Positions 28,549 through 37,870 of a DNA stretch of 64,000 nucleotides are shown in pieces. Every line of letters begins with the position of its first letter. The stretch's first letter is position 1. Below the pieces are notes generated by a model that was not told the origin of the DNA, did not search any database, and was given only the letters and a program-made list of their open reading frames with translations. The DNA lies in NCBI GenBank assembly GCA_018674495.1, contig JABHAA010000043.1, positions 21,615-85,614 of the forward strand, written 5' to 3'. A program made the translations under genes and the position numbers. Origin of the DNA: Rhodospirillaceae bacterium. Lineage in GTDB: Bacteria > Pseudomonadota > Alphaproteobacteria > Rhodospirillales > UBA2165.

Positions 28549-29389
28549 GCAATTCCTGGCGCGCAGCGTGCATCGCCTTGGCCTGGGCCAGTATATTCTT
28601 CAAGTAGCGGATATCCAGTTGCGTGTTCGGGTCCGACAGGGCTTCGTTCGGATTGTCGTGCACTTCCATAAACAAGGCGTTGATGCCGGCGCCGGCGGCG
28701 GCGCGCACGAGATGCGGAATAAACTCCCGCTGGCCGCCCGACACGTTGCCCATGGAAGTGGGCATTTGCACCGAATGGGTGGCGTCGAAGCAGACCGGAT
28801 AGCCGGTTTCGAGCATGATCGGGAAATTCCGGTAATCGTTGATCAGCATATTATAGCCGAAAAAGGTGCCGCGGTCGGTCAGCAAAATTTGCTCGTTGCC
28901 GGTGGCTTCGATCTTGCGCACTGAATTTTTCATGTTCCACGGGCTCATGAACTGGCCCTTTTTCACGTGCAGGGGTTTGCCGGTTTCGCCGGCGGCCTTG
29001 AGCACATGGGTTTGCCGGCAAAGATAGGCCGGTATCTGCAACAGATCGACCGTTTCAGCGGTGCGCGCCGCCCAGGCGGCGTCGGAAAAATCGGAGACCA
29101 CGGGAATTTTGTAGGCGCTGCGCACTTCGGCCAGTATATCCAGCCCGGCATCCATGCCAATGCCATGGAAGGAATTTTCCGACGAACGGCAGTCTTTGTC
29201 GTAGCAGGATTTGTAGACCCACGGGATATCGAGGCCTACGCAGACCTCGCCGATACGCTCCGCCATTTCCAACGCGTGGGCGCGGGTCTCGATAGCGCAA
29301 GGCCCGCCGAGGAATGCTAGCGGCAATGTACCGCCGATTTGAACCTCGGCAACATCGCCGCCGCCCACCTTTATGATCTTTGGAATCAT
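28508..29389 (-). CDS. kdsA: 3-deoxy-8-phosphooctulonate (KDO8P) synthase, metal-dependent-type sequence
   Basis: 293 aa with GGPCAIE, YKSCYDKDCRSSENSFHG, LQIPAYLCRQT, KKGQF, FDATHSVQ and EVHDNPNEALSD. It has Cys in GPCAIE where the E. coli enzyme has Asn. Confidence 0.85.
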   Translation of the reverse strand: MIPKIIKVGGGDVAEVQIGGTLPLAFLGGPCAIETRAHALEMAERIGEVCVGLDIPWVYKSCYDKDCRSSENSFHGIGMDAGLDILAEVRSAYKIPVVSDFSDAAWAARTAETVDLLQIPAYLCRQTHVLKAAGETGKPLHVKKGQFMSPWNMKNSVRKIEATGNEQILLTDRGTFFGYNMLINDYRNFPIMLETGYPVCFDATHSVQMPTSMGNVSGGQREFIPHLVRAAAGAGINALFMEVHDNPNEALSDPNTQLDIRYLKNILAQAKAMHAARQELLEEWGEDRVHLDD

Positions 29390-29429
29390 GGGCAGATTTT
29401 ACCGCCGCCCCCGTTAAGGAAACGTGAAA

Positions 29430-30578
29430 TCAGTCAACCGGCTCCCAAGCGCCGGAACGCACCTCGGCCATGCGCAGCGAGGTCACATCGAGGCCCAGAT
29501 GATCGTCGGCGTTGATCTTGAAGATACCGCTGGTGCCGACCAGACCCTTTGTGCCTTCAATGGTGCGGCGCAAAGCGGCCTTGTTGGTGGAGCGGGCTTT
29601 GCGGATGGCGGCGATCAAGATCTGAATGGCGTCGTGAGCGTGGGCGCCGTAAACCGACGGCGACACCTCCCAGCGGCCCCGGTAGAGCTTGTTATAGGCG
29701 GCGATCACCGGGCGCACCGGATCGCCAGGTGCCAAGCGATCCAACAATACCAGCGGCGCCACCGGCATGCGCACGCCTTCCGCCGCGGGACCGGCCAGAT
29801 CAAGGAAATCCTGGTTGGCGGCGGCGTGGCTCTGATAGAGCGGCACCTGAAATTTCATGCGCCGGAATTGCTGGGTGATATAGGCGGTGGTGCCGCCGAA
29901 GCCGATATTGACCAACGCCCCAACGCCCGCCATTTTTTTTTGGATGCGTTGCATTTGGCGGGACACCCGGCGGGTGCGCGATCGGTACACCTCGTCGGCA
30001 ATGATCGTGACCCCCATGGGTCCGGCCAATTGCCGGCAATGGCCGGCCATGGCGGTCCCGAAGCCGTCATCGCCGGACAACAGGGCGATGGATTTGATAT
30101 CCCGTTTGACGATATCGGCCAGTATCTTGGCGCAGGCGAGGCGCTCGGTCGGCGAGGATTTGAACACCCATTTGCGCACCGGCGAGGTAATCGATGCCGA
30201 TCCGGCGAGGGCCAGAAACGGAACCCCGGATTGCTCGATAATGGGTATCACCGCCATGGCGGCACCGGTTGTCGAGCCGCCGATGATGGCGTCCACCTTG
30301 TCCTTGTCGATCAGGCGGCGGACGGCGGTCTGGGCGGCGCGGGTATCGATGCCCACATCATATTGAATAAGCGACAAACGGCGCCCGAGAAGGCCGCCCT
30401 GGGCATTCGTCAAATCCACATAAAGTTTCAACGTGGCCAGCGCCGGCGCCCCCAAAAAGGCGCCGGCGCCGGTCACCGACAGAAACGTGCCGATACGGAT
30501 TGGCGCTTGCGCGCGCAAGGGCGAAGCCGCCAACGCGGCGAGCCAACCGGCCAGGATTAACAACCGCAGCAGCCGCAT
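29430..30578 (-). CDS. ABC transporter substrate-binding protein (branched-chain amino acid / Peripla_BP_6 type)
   Basis: I moved the start to the ATG at 30578, giving signal peptide MRLLRLLILAGWLAALAASPLRAQA. It has a LivJ-like pattern (IRIGTFLSVTGAGAFLG, IIGGSTTGAAMA). Confidence 0.85.
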   Translation of the reverse strand: MRLLRLLILAGWLAALAASPLRAQAPIRIGTFLSVTGAGAFLGAPALATLKLYVDLTNAQGGLLGRRLSLIQYDVGIDTRAAQTAVRRLIDKDKVDAIIGGSTTGAAMAVIPIIEQSGVPFLALAGSASITSPVRKWVFKSSPTERLACAKILADIVKRDIKSIALLSGDDGFGTAMAGHCRQLAGPMGVTIIADEVYRSRTRRVSRQMQRIQKKMAGVGALVNIGFGGTTAYITQQFRRMKFQVPLYQSHAAANQDFLDLAGPAAEGVRMPVAPLVLLDRLAPGDPVRPVIAAYNKLYRGRWEVSPSVYGAHAHDAIQILIAAIRKARSTNKAALRRTIEGTKGLVGTSGIFKINADDHLGLDVTSLRMAEVRSGAWEPVD

Positions 30579-30879
30579 AGAAGTTTGAATTGTTGCTCTA
30601 GACGCGCGCTTCATGATGTCCCAATGGGGTTTTCTGAGGACTTCCCGCAGGGAATAATTTCACGGTGCCGCACGCGCGGCAACTTAAAAGCTGCGGCGCA
30701 TAGGCAGCTTTACTTGAAAAATAGACAAAAAATTGCCATTTGAAATTCGAACACTTGAGCGGTCGTTCGGCGTCTAGTATCGATCTTGTTTCCGGGCTCT
30801 TCTGAGAATTCGACTGGCAACCACGCCGTGCTGATCCGTTCTGATTCAAGGAACCACCACGAGCGTTGCTCAAGATTTT

Positions 30880-32712
30880 ATGTTGGATGAGGTTGTCGTA
30901 CCCCCAATGGACTACCACAAATTCAAAAATTTGTTCAAATTTGCAACGATGGTGCCAATTGGCCTCGCTCTGCTGTTTGGTCTGACTTCGGTTGTCGGCC
31001 AAACATTGGCCGAGGGATTTGTGAATATCCGCGTGCAGGGCGTCCTCATGCCGATATTGATGGGAATAAGTTCGGGCACCATAATTTCGTTCCTGGTAAC
31101 TAGAAATCGCCGCCTTCTCGCCGGGCAACTGGAAATCGAACGTAATCTGGCCCAGAATCTGGCTGATTTGGTTGCCGAACGCACTGCCCAGCTTTCGGAA
31201 AGCGAAGAGAAATTTAGGCTGATTGCGGAAACGTCGCCTAACGCGATCTCAATCTCGCGGGTATCTGACGGCCTCTTGCGATACGCCAACCCAGCGTCGA
31301 GTAAAATGCTTGGGGTAGAAAATGGAACGATGGTCGGGCGAAGGGCGCAGGACTTTTATTTCAACCCGGAAGAGCGCGCGCCCCTAATGGCCCGCCTGCA
31401 GGAAACGGGGCTGATTCAAAACAATGAAATATTATTAAAAAAAGTCGATGGATCACCGCTTCCAGTCTTGTTCAGCGCCGCCGTCGCCGATTTTGGCGGA
31501 GAACCCCATCTGTTCATTGAGGTCATCGACATTTCCGAACGCAAACTGGCTGAAGCGGCGCTCGCCGAAAGCGAAAGCCGACACCGCAAGCTATACAACG
31601 AGACCCCGGTCATGCTTCACTCGATCGCGGCCGATGGCACGATCACCCGCGAAAGCGATTTCTGGCTGGCCCATTTGGGATACGACCGTGACGAAGTAAT
31701 TGGCAAAAGCATTACCGATTTTCAAGACGAACAATCCAAGGAATATTCCCGCAACGACGGAATACCCCAATTCCTAGAAAATGGCGTTCGCTCCAACGTA
31801 CCCCTACGGTTCGTCAAGAAAAATGGCGAGGTTATTGATACTTTGCTTTCTGCCTTGCTCGAACGGGACGAAGACGGGAATTTCCTCGGATCCTTGTCAG
31901 TAATCTTGGACATCACCGCACAAAAACAAACGGAGGCCGCGCTGGTAGAAGCCGAAGCGACCGCCCAACAAGCCAGCGCCGCGAAATCGGAGTTCCTATC
32001 ATCCGTCAGCCACGAGTTGCGCACGCCATTGAATGCGATTCTTGGGTTTGGGCAATTGCTGGAATTAGATATGGATGGAGAGGCGTCCGAAGAACACCAA
32101 AGCCATGTGCGCCATATCTTGGAAAGCGGCGGCCACCTTCTGCAACTTATCAATCAAGTTCTAGAATTATCGCAAATTGAAGCCGGCAAGATCAGTCTGT
32201 CTCTCGAAACCTTTGATCCGGAGCGGGTTCTCGAAGAGTGCAAGGACATGGTCCAGGAACGGGCCCGCGAGAATCAAATAGCACTCACCATTAATACCGG
32301 CGGCAAGCTACCCTTTATAACCACGGATAAATTACGCTTCCGGCAAATCATTCTCAATCTGCTGTCTAACGGGGTCAAGTACAACCGCACCGGCGGATCA
32401 GTCACCATCAATTGCGAACGCAAGGCTGGGCCACGCCTGCGCTTCAATATCATCGATACCGGCTTCGGAATTCCCAAGGATAAACAGGACGCATTGTTCG
32501 AGCCTTTCAATCGGCTCGGGCGCGAGTCAGGAGAGATCGACGGCACTGGAATTGGACTGACCATTACGGCGCACTTGATGGAGATACTGGACGGCGATTT
32601 CGGCTTCGAAAGCGAGGAAGATAAGGGCAGCACCTTCTGGGCTGAATTTTCCCTGGACGCACCCGCGCCTACTGCCGAGGCGGTTGATGCCGGCCGGGCC
32701 AGCGCCGACTGA
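30880..32712 (+). CDS. Membrane-anchored sensor histidine kinase with two PAS domains
   Basis: 610 aa. It has N-terminal hydrophobic segments, a coiled linker and two PAS-like segments. The H-box is LSSVSHELRTPLNAILG, and the ATPase motifs are NLLSNGVKYN, DTGFGIP and GTGIGLTI. Confidence 0.85.
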   Translation: MLDEVVVPPMDYHKFKNLFKFATMVPIGLALLFGLTSVVGQTLAEGFVNIRVQGVLMPILMGISSGTIISFLVTRNRRLLAGQLEIERNLAQNLADLVAERTAQLSESEEKFRLIAETSPNAISISRVSDGLLRYANPASSKMLGVENGTMVGRRAQDFYFNPEERAPLMARLQETGLIQNNEILLKKVDGSPLPVLFSAAVADFGGEPHLFIEVIDISERKLAEAALAESESRHRKLYNETPVMLHSIAADGTITRESDFWLAHLGYDRDEVIGKSITDFQDEQSKEYSRNDGIPQFLENGVRSNVPLRFVKKNGEVIDTLLSALLERDEDGNFLGSLSVILDITAQKQTEAALVEAEATAQQASAAKSEFLSSVSHELRTPLNAILGFGQLLELDMDGEASEEHQSHVRHILESGGHLLQLINQVLELSQIEAGKISLSLETFDPERVLEECKDMVQERARENQIALTINTGGKLPFITTDKLRFRQIILNLLSNGVKYNRTGGSVTINCERKAGPRLRFNIIDTGFGIPKDKQDALFEPFNRLGRESGEIDGTGIGLTITAHLMEILDGDFGFESEEDKGSTFWAEFSLDAPAPTAEAVDAGRASAD

Positions 32713-32763
32713 ACGAAGCGCCGGCCAGGGGGCTCTACCTCGCAGGCGCCTCAGCGTCGGGCT

Positions 32764-33210
32764 CTACCCCGCCGGGCTACTTCCGCTGCCGTACCATTGC
32801 ATAGTGCGCAGCAAGGTGGCGACAGTGATCGAGCCGAAAGTGGCGCGCGCGATATCATCGATTTCGCCCTGCACCTTTAAAAGCGCGGTGCCGATATCGG
32901 TGTCCTCACCTTCCCCCGGCGGCCCGGCATTGCCGCCGGCATTTCCCGTTGCGCCAATGTCTTCGAAGATATTGATCACGTCCAAAAGCGTGGTGCGCCG
33001 CGCGTTGCCGGAAAAGCGGTAGCCGCCGCCGGCGCCGCGCACCGATACCACCAGCCCGGCGCGCCCCAAATCACGCAACACTTTGGCCAGATGGTTGGCT
33101 GATATACCGTAGATGCCAGCGATATCGGTTGCCGAAAGCTGACGCTCGGGATCGCGTGCCAGCTCCAAGATAGAATAAAGGCCAAACAAGGTAGCTTTTT
33201 GCAGCCTCAT
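32764..33210 (-). CDS. Rrf2-family transcriptional regulator
   Basis: I moved the start to the ATG at 33210. The sequence reads MRLQKATLFGLYSILELARDPERQLSATDIAGIYGISANHLAKVLRDLGRAGLVVSVRGAGGGY. Confidence 0.85.
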   Translation of the reverse strand: MRLQKATLFGLYSILELARDPERQLSATDIAGIYGISANHLAKVLRDLGRAGLVVSVRGAGGGYRFSGNARRTTLLDVINIFEDIGATGNAGGNAGPPGEGEDTDIGTALLKVQGEIDDIARATFGSITVATLLRTMQWYGSGSSPAG

Positions 33211-33237
33211 CCCAGCCGCTCCCAAATAATAAGCGCT

Positions 33238-33738
33238 TTATTCTTCATTCTCGAACTTCCAGGCGACCGGCTTTTCCAACTCGATAAATGGCCCCGCCAT
33301 CATCCCCTGGGCCCGGAAAAAAGACATGTTCAGATGGTCGGCGCGGGCGATCATGGTGCGTACCGTCTCAACCCCATCCGCTTCCAGTTTTTCGCACATG
33401 GCGTTGAATAGGCGCTCGCCGATGCGGTGCACCCGTTGCTCGGGAACCACGCCGATGGCGACGATCCAGCCACAAGGTTGCGAGCCGAATTCCCAGGCGC
33501 GCACTTCGCCGATGATAAAACCGGCAAAGCCGCCTTCGCCCGCCGCATCACCAGCGCTTTCAGCGATCAATACGTGGCGCCCATCACGACCGATATAGCG
33601 TTCGAAGGTTTGCCGCCAATAGCTCTCTTTGCGCAATCCGGTGATCAGCGCATCCAACGCGGTCACCCGCTCGCAATCGTCTTCACCTGCGGCGCGGATG
33701 GTTATGGTTTCGGACGGGTTGGCGGCGGTATCGGGCAC
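33238..33738 (-). CDS. GNAT-family N-acetyltransferase
   Basis: 166 aa with the acetyl-CoA-binding motif IGVVPEQRVHRIGERLF. Confidence 0.8.
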   Translation of the reverse strand: MPDTAANPSETITIRAAGEDDCERVTALDALITGLRKESYWRQTFERYIGRDGRHVLIAESAGDAAGEGGFAGFIIGEVRAWEFGSQPCGWIVAIGVVPEQRVHRIGERLFNAMCEKLEADGVETVRTMIARADHLNMSFFRAQGMMAGPFIELEKPVAWKFENEE

Positions 33739-33793
33739 CGGGTGGACCTCGTGAAGCTCAAGGGATCAAAAAATGCGGGTTCAATATCCGGCG

Positions 33794-33820
33794 ATTCTCA
33801 AATGCATGCAATTCTCAAAT
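33794..33820. promoter_or_regulatory. Candidate operator in the boxC upstream region: direct repeat ATTCTCAAAT x2 flanking a GCATGCA core
   Basis: ATTCTCAAAT occurs at 33794..33803 and 33811..33820, separated by GCATGCA, which is part of the palindrome TGCATGCA. Two TTGAC boxes follow at about 33830-33850. Confidence 0.3.
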
Positions 33821-34085
33821 TAGGCGGATTGACTTGCCGGTTGACACAATGGAGCGAGGAGCGCATATTGTAAATAGGTATTACAGTACCGATTTATTTA
33901 CTATTATCATATTAAGCCTGTATATGGCTTGTTTCTGCTGTTATCACGGTATATCCAGGCAACGATCAAAGCCTGAGCAGCGCAATCTCATAGGAATCAA
34001 ACGTCCAAGGCCTCTCACATTTTGCTTCGCTCGACCGAATTAAGATTGCCTTTAATACGCAATAACACATGGAACCATAAGACCA

Positions 34086-35735
34086 ATGATCGATTTCTCC
34101 ACATCGCCTGACCAATACAAGCACTGGACCATCGATTTCGACGGCCCGGTCGCCACCCTGACCATGGACGTGGCCGAAGACGGCGGCTTGGTTCCGGGTT
34201 ACGATTTGAAGCTCAATTCCTATGATCTCGGTGTCGATATCGAATTGCATGACGCTATCCAACGGCTCCGCTTCGAGCATCCCGAGGTCAAAAGCGTCAT
34301 CATGACATCGGCCAAGGACCGTGTCTTTTGTGCAGGCGCCAATATCTCCATGCTCGGCACGTCGAGCCATGCGCACAAAGTGAATTTCTGCAAATTCACC
34401 AACGAAACCCGCAACGGCATCGAGGATGCGACCAAATTTTCGGACCAGCGTTATATCTGCCTGATCAACGGCACCGCCGCCGGCGGCGGCTACGAATTGG
34501 CCCTGGCCGCCGACTATATCATGCTGATCGACGACGGCTCTTCGGCGGTATCCCTGCCCGAGGTGCCGTTGCTGGCGGTTTTGCCGGGCACCGGTGGCCT
34601 GACCCGGGTTGTCGACAAGCGTCATGTGCGCCGCGACCGCGCCGATTTCTTCTGCACCCTGACCGAGGGCATCAAGGGCAAGCGCGCCGTCGAATGGGAT
34701 CTGGTCGATGAATTGGTGCCGCGCTCCAAGCTGATGGAGACAGCCCAGATGAGAGCGCGGGAATTCGCCGAAAATTCCACCCGCCCGGACGGCGCCAAGG
34801 GTATCGCGCTGACGCCTTTGGAGCGAAACATCAGCGATGATGAGATCAGTTATACGCATCTGACCGCCAAGCTGGACCGGGCCCACGCCACCGCCGAAGT
34901 AACATTGCACGGCCCGAGCGCCGCGTCCGAGACCGAGGCGGGCGCCATTCACGCCGCCGGCGTCAATTTCTGGCCACTCGCCTTCGCCCGCGAGTTGGAC
35001 GACTTCATCCTGCACATGCGCGCCAATGAGACCGAAATATCCACCTGGGTAGTGCGCGCCACCGGCGATGCCGATCTGGTCGAGGCCGCCGACAAGGCGC
35101 TTATCGACAACGCCGATGACTGGCTGGTGCGCGAGATCACCTTGTTTCTGAAACGCGCCCTCAAGCGCCTTGATGTTTCGTCCCGCTCGATCATCGCGCT
35201 GGTAGAGCCAGGCAGTTGCTTTACAGGCTCGCTGCTGGAATTTGTGCTGGCGGCGGATCGTAGCTTTATGCTGGACGGCACCTTCGAAGGCTCTAACGTG
35301 CCCGCCGCAAGCCTCCGCCCAACGGCTATGAATTTCGGCGCGCTGCCCATGTGCAACGATCTGAGTCGCCTGGAAACCCGTTTTTTAGACGGCGACGAGG
35401 CCTTGAACGCCATCCGCGCCAAGATCGGTGAAGATTTGGACGCAACCGAGGCCGAAGAACTTGGCCTGGTGACCTTCGCCCCCGATGACATCGACTGGGA
35501 AGACGAGGTGCGCATCGCCATCGAAGAGCGCGCCAGCTTTTCCGGCGACGCCCTCACCGGCATGGAGGCCAGCTTGCGCTTCGCCGGGCCGGAAACCTTG
35601 GAGACCAAAATCTTCGGCCGCCTCAGCGCCTGGCAGAACTGGATATTCCAGCGCCCCAACGCGGTCGGCGATGAAGGCGCGCTGAAATTGTTCGGCACCG
35701 GCAAACAATCCAACTTTGACAAAAAACGGATATAA
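34086..35735 (+). CDS. boxC: 2,3-epoxybenzoyl-CoA dihydrolase / benzoyl-CoA-dihydrodiol lyase (BoxC)
   Basis: 549 aa. It has a crotonase-like N-terminal half (VFCAGANISMLG, INGTAAGGGYELALAADYIMLIDD, LPEVPLLAVLPGTGGLTR) and the size and second domain typical of BoxC. It is directly followed by boxB. Confidence 0.8.
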   Translation: MIDFSTSPDQYKHWTIDFDGPVATLTMDVAEDGGLVPGYDLKLNSYDLGVDIELHDAIQRLRFEHPEVKSVIMTSAKDRVFCAGANISMLGTSSHAHKVNFCKFTNETRNGIEDATKFSDQRYICLINGTAAGGGYELALAADYIMLIDDGSSAVSLPEVPLLAVLPGTGGLTRVVDKRHVRRDRADFFCTLTEGIKGKRAVEWDLVDELVPRSKLMETAQMRAREFAENSTRPDGAKGIALTPLERNISDDEISYTHLTAKLDRAHATAEVTLHGPSAASETEAGAIHAAGVNFWPLAFARELDDFILHMRANETEISTWVVRATGDADLVEAADKALIDNADDWLVREITLFLKRALKRLDVSSRSIIALVEPGSCFTGSLLEFVLAADRSFMLDGTFEGSNVPAASLRPTAMNFGALPMCNDLSRLETRFLDGDEALNAIRAKIGEDLDATEAEELGLVTFAPDDIDWEDEVRIAIEERASFSGDALTGMEASLRFAGPETLETKIFGRLSAWQNWIFQRPNAVGDEGALKLFGTGKQSNFDKKRI

Positions 35736-35740
35736 AAATT

Positions 35741-37159
35741 ATGAGCTCTATCGATTACAGCCAGAAAATTCCCAACAACGTGAACCTTGGTGACGACCGC
35801 CGGCTGCAGAGAGCGCTGGAAAACTGGCAGCCCGCCTATCTCGATTGGTGGAACCAGCTTGGCCCCGTAGATAGTTCCGAGATGGAAATCTACCTGCGCA
35901 CTGCGGTCGCCGTCGACGCCGACGGCTGGGCCCAGTTCGGCATGGTCAAGATGCCGGAATATCGCTGGGGAATTTTCCTAGCCGATGCCGAGCCGGACCG
36001 CAAAATCAATTTCGGCATGCACAAGGGCGAAGCCGCCTGGCAGGACGTGCCCGGTGAATACCGCTCCGATCTTCGCCGCCTGATCGTGACCCAAGGCGAT
36101 ACCGAGCCGGCCAGCGTCGAGCAGCAGCGCGCCCTGGGGCGCACCTGCCCTTCGCTTTATGATCTCAGGAGCCTGTTTCAGGTGAATGTGGAAGAGGGCC
36201 GCCATCTTTGGGCCATGGTCTATCTGCTGCACGCCCATTTCGGCCGCGATGGCCGCGAGGAAGCAGAAGAATTACTGGCCCGTCATTCCGGCGACGTGGA
36301 CAAGCCGCGCATCCTGGAAGCTTTCAACGTGCCCACCGAGGATTGGCTGTCGTTCTTTATGTTCACCTATTTCCAGGACCGGGACGGCAAGTATCAGCTT
36401 AGCGCGCTCGCCGAATCCGGGTTTGATCCGTTGTCGCGCACCTGCCGCTTTATGTTGACCGAGGAAGCGCATCATATGTTTGTGGGCGAAAGCGGCGTTG
36501 GCCGTATCATCCAGCGTTCGACCGAGCTATCGGCCAAGCATGACACGCTGGATATCGAAGCCCATGGCGGCATCCCGCTGCCGACGATCCAGAAATACAT
36601 CAACTTTCATTTCTCCATCTGCCTGGATCTGTTTGGCCAGGAGCGCTCCACCAACGCCGCCAACTTCTACACCACTGGCCTCAAGGGCCGCTTCGGCGAG
36701 ACCAAGATCGACGATGACCATATGCTTGATGGCGCGAGCTACAAGCTGCCCGATATCGAAGGCGGCAAGGTTGTTTGGTCTGACCAGCCCGCGCTCACGG
36801 CGATCAACGAAGTCTTGCGTGACGAGTACCGCGAAGACAGCCTGCGCGGCCTGAGCCGCTGGAATAAAGCGATCAAGGCGGCTGGCGTCGATTTCGAATT
36901 AACCCTGCCGCACACCGCTTTCAACCGCAATATCGGCACCTTCCGGGACGTCAACGCATCGCCCACCGGCGAAATCCTCACCCAGGAAGAATGGGACCGG
37001 AACGTGGACGCCTGGCTGCCCAACGACGCCGACCGCGCCCACGTCAAATCGCTGATGGTGCCGGTGACCCAACCCGGCCAGATGGCCAACTGGATTGCCG
37101 CTCCGGCGCGCGGCATTCACGGCCAGGACGTTGAATTCGAATACGTGAAGTTCCACTAG
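35741..37159 (+). CDS. boxB: Benzoyl-CoA 2,3-epoxidase oxygenase component (diiron, BoxB)
   Basis: 472 aa with N-terminus MSSIDYSQKIPNNVNLGDDRRLQRALENWQPAYLDWW. Diiron-type motifs are NVEEGRHLWAM and LTEEAHHMFVGE. Confidence 0.8.
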   Translation: MSSIDYSQKIPNNVNLGDDRRLQRALENWQPAYLDWWNQLGPVDSSEMEIYLRTAVAVDADGWAQFGMVKMPEYRWGIFLADAEPDRKINFGMHKGEAAWQDVPGEYRSDLRRLIVTQGDTEPASVEQQRALGRTCPSLYDLRSLFQVNVEEGRHLWAMVYLLHAHFGRDGREEAEELLARHSGDVDKPRILEAFNVPTEDWLSFFMFTYFQDRDGKYQLSALAESGFDPLSRTCRFMLTEEAHHMFVGESGVGRIIQRSTELSAKHDTLDIEAHGGIPLPTIQKYINFHFSICLDLFGQERSTNAANFYTTGLKGRFGETKIDDDHMLDGASYKLPDIEGGKVVWSDQPALTAINEVLRDEYREDSLRGLSRWNKAIKAAGVDFELTLPHTAFNRNIGTFRDVNASPTGEILTQEEWDRNVDAWLPNDADRAHVKSLMVPVTQPGQMANWIAAPARGIHGQDVEFEYVKFH

Positions 37160-37232
37160 GCGGGCAAAATCCATTAGCACGGTGGTGGCTCCCGAGGCCA
37201 GTTTCGCTCCCGCTCCAACCACTGGGCGATTT

Positions 37233-37820
37233 TTACGGATCGCTGTTGAATGCCCGCATTGTGACGGAAATTCGGCGGCCTGAAGCACGTTTCGATTTTG
37301 GGATTTCATGGGTCCAAGCTCGGTTGGTGGCATAGGGAATAATCGCGATAGATCCATTTTCGACAGGAAAATCGAGGCGGTCGGATCCCTTCCATTTTCG
37401 CAAGCGCAAGATCCTGGTTTCTCCGAACGATATGGTCACGTAGGAGCTGCCTTCCTGTATCCCGATTTCGCTGTCACGATGTTTGCCGATGTAGTGTCCC
37501 AATTTTCCGTCGAACCAGTTCACCAGCAACCCATTTAGTTCACCATCGATGGCCTGATGAGCCCATGCCAAATACGGAGCGAGGTCGGCATTAACCGGCG
37601 ATGCCTCGCGCGTGATGCCAGAAAAGCGGTGGTTCCTGCCGAACGCTTGGTGCCAACGGGGCATGGCCATTTCCCGCCCATAAATCATACAGGTTGGAAA
37701 TTTTTTGGGGTGTAATTCCCAAAGCCGTTCAAACTGCTCTTCGGAAGGCAGCAATTCATCCGGCAAGCTGCCAGTATAGATGTGATGGTTATTATCCAGT
37801 GCCTGTTTGGATAATGTCAT
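37233..37820 (-). CDS. AlkB-like Fe(II)/2-oxoglutarate oxygenase
   Basis: It has the HxD motif in IGKHRDSE, a distal His in AWTHEIP and the 2OG-binding RISVTMR. The start is ambiguous: ATG at 37820, or 37844 inside the hexamer repeat. Confidence 0.75.
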   Translation of the reverse strand: MTLSKQALDNNHHIYTGSLPDELLPSEEQFERLWELHPKKFPTCMIYGREMAMPRWHQAFGRNHRFSGITREASPVNADLAPYLAWAHQAIDGELNGLLVNWFDGKLGHYIGKHRDSEIGIQEGSSYVTISFGETRILRLRKWKGSDRLDFPVENGSIAIIPYATNRAWTHEIPKSKRASGRRISVTMRAFNSDP

Positions 37821-37824
37821 AGCC

Positions 37825-37848
37825 GTTACCGTTACCGTTACCATTACC
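37825..37848. repeat. Hexanucleotide tandem repeat (GTTACC)x3 plus one degenerate unit (ATTACC)
   Basis: The sequence reads GTTACCGTTACCGTTACCATTACC. It lies between the tauD-like stop (37871) and the alkB-like start. Confidence 0.8.
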
Positions 37849-37870
37849 CTTCCATTTTGCCGGAACCGCT

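Noticed and set aside
33966-35015. A 349-aa minus-strand ORF antisense to boxC. There are similar long antisense or out-of-frame ORFs at 18085..18954, 24200..25663, 29424..30560, 21797..22642, 37913..38878, 45781..46713, 5002..5955, 6549..7364 and 57652..58359.
   Set aside because: Their composition is Arg/Gly/His/Ala-rich and low-complexity, with no recognisable motifs. In every case the opposite strand or another frame encodes a protein with clear family signatures. These are classic high-GC shadow ORFs.
37825-37848. Whether the short tandem repeat could be part of a CRISPR or other array.
   Set aside because: The units are only 6 nt, contiguous with no spacers, and no cas genes are present. 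It is a simple microsatellite.
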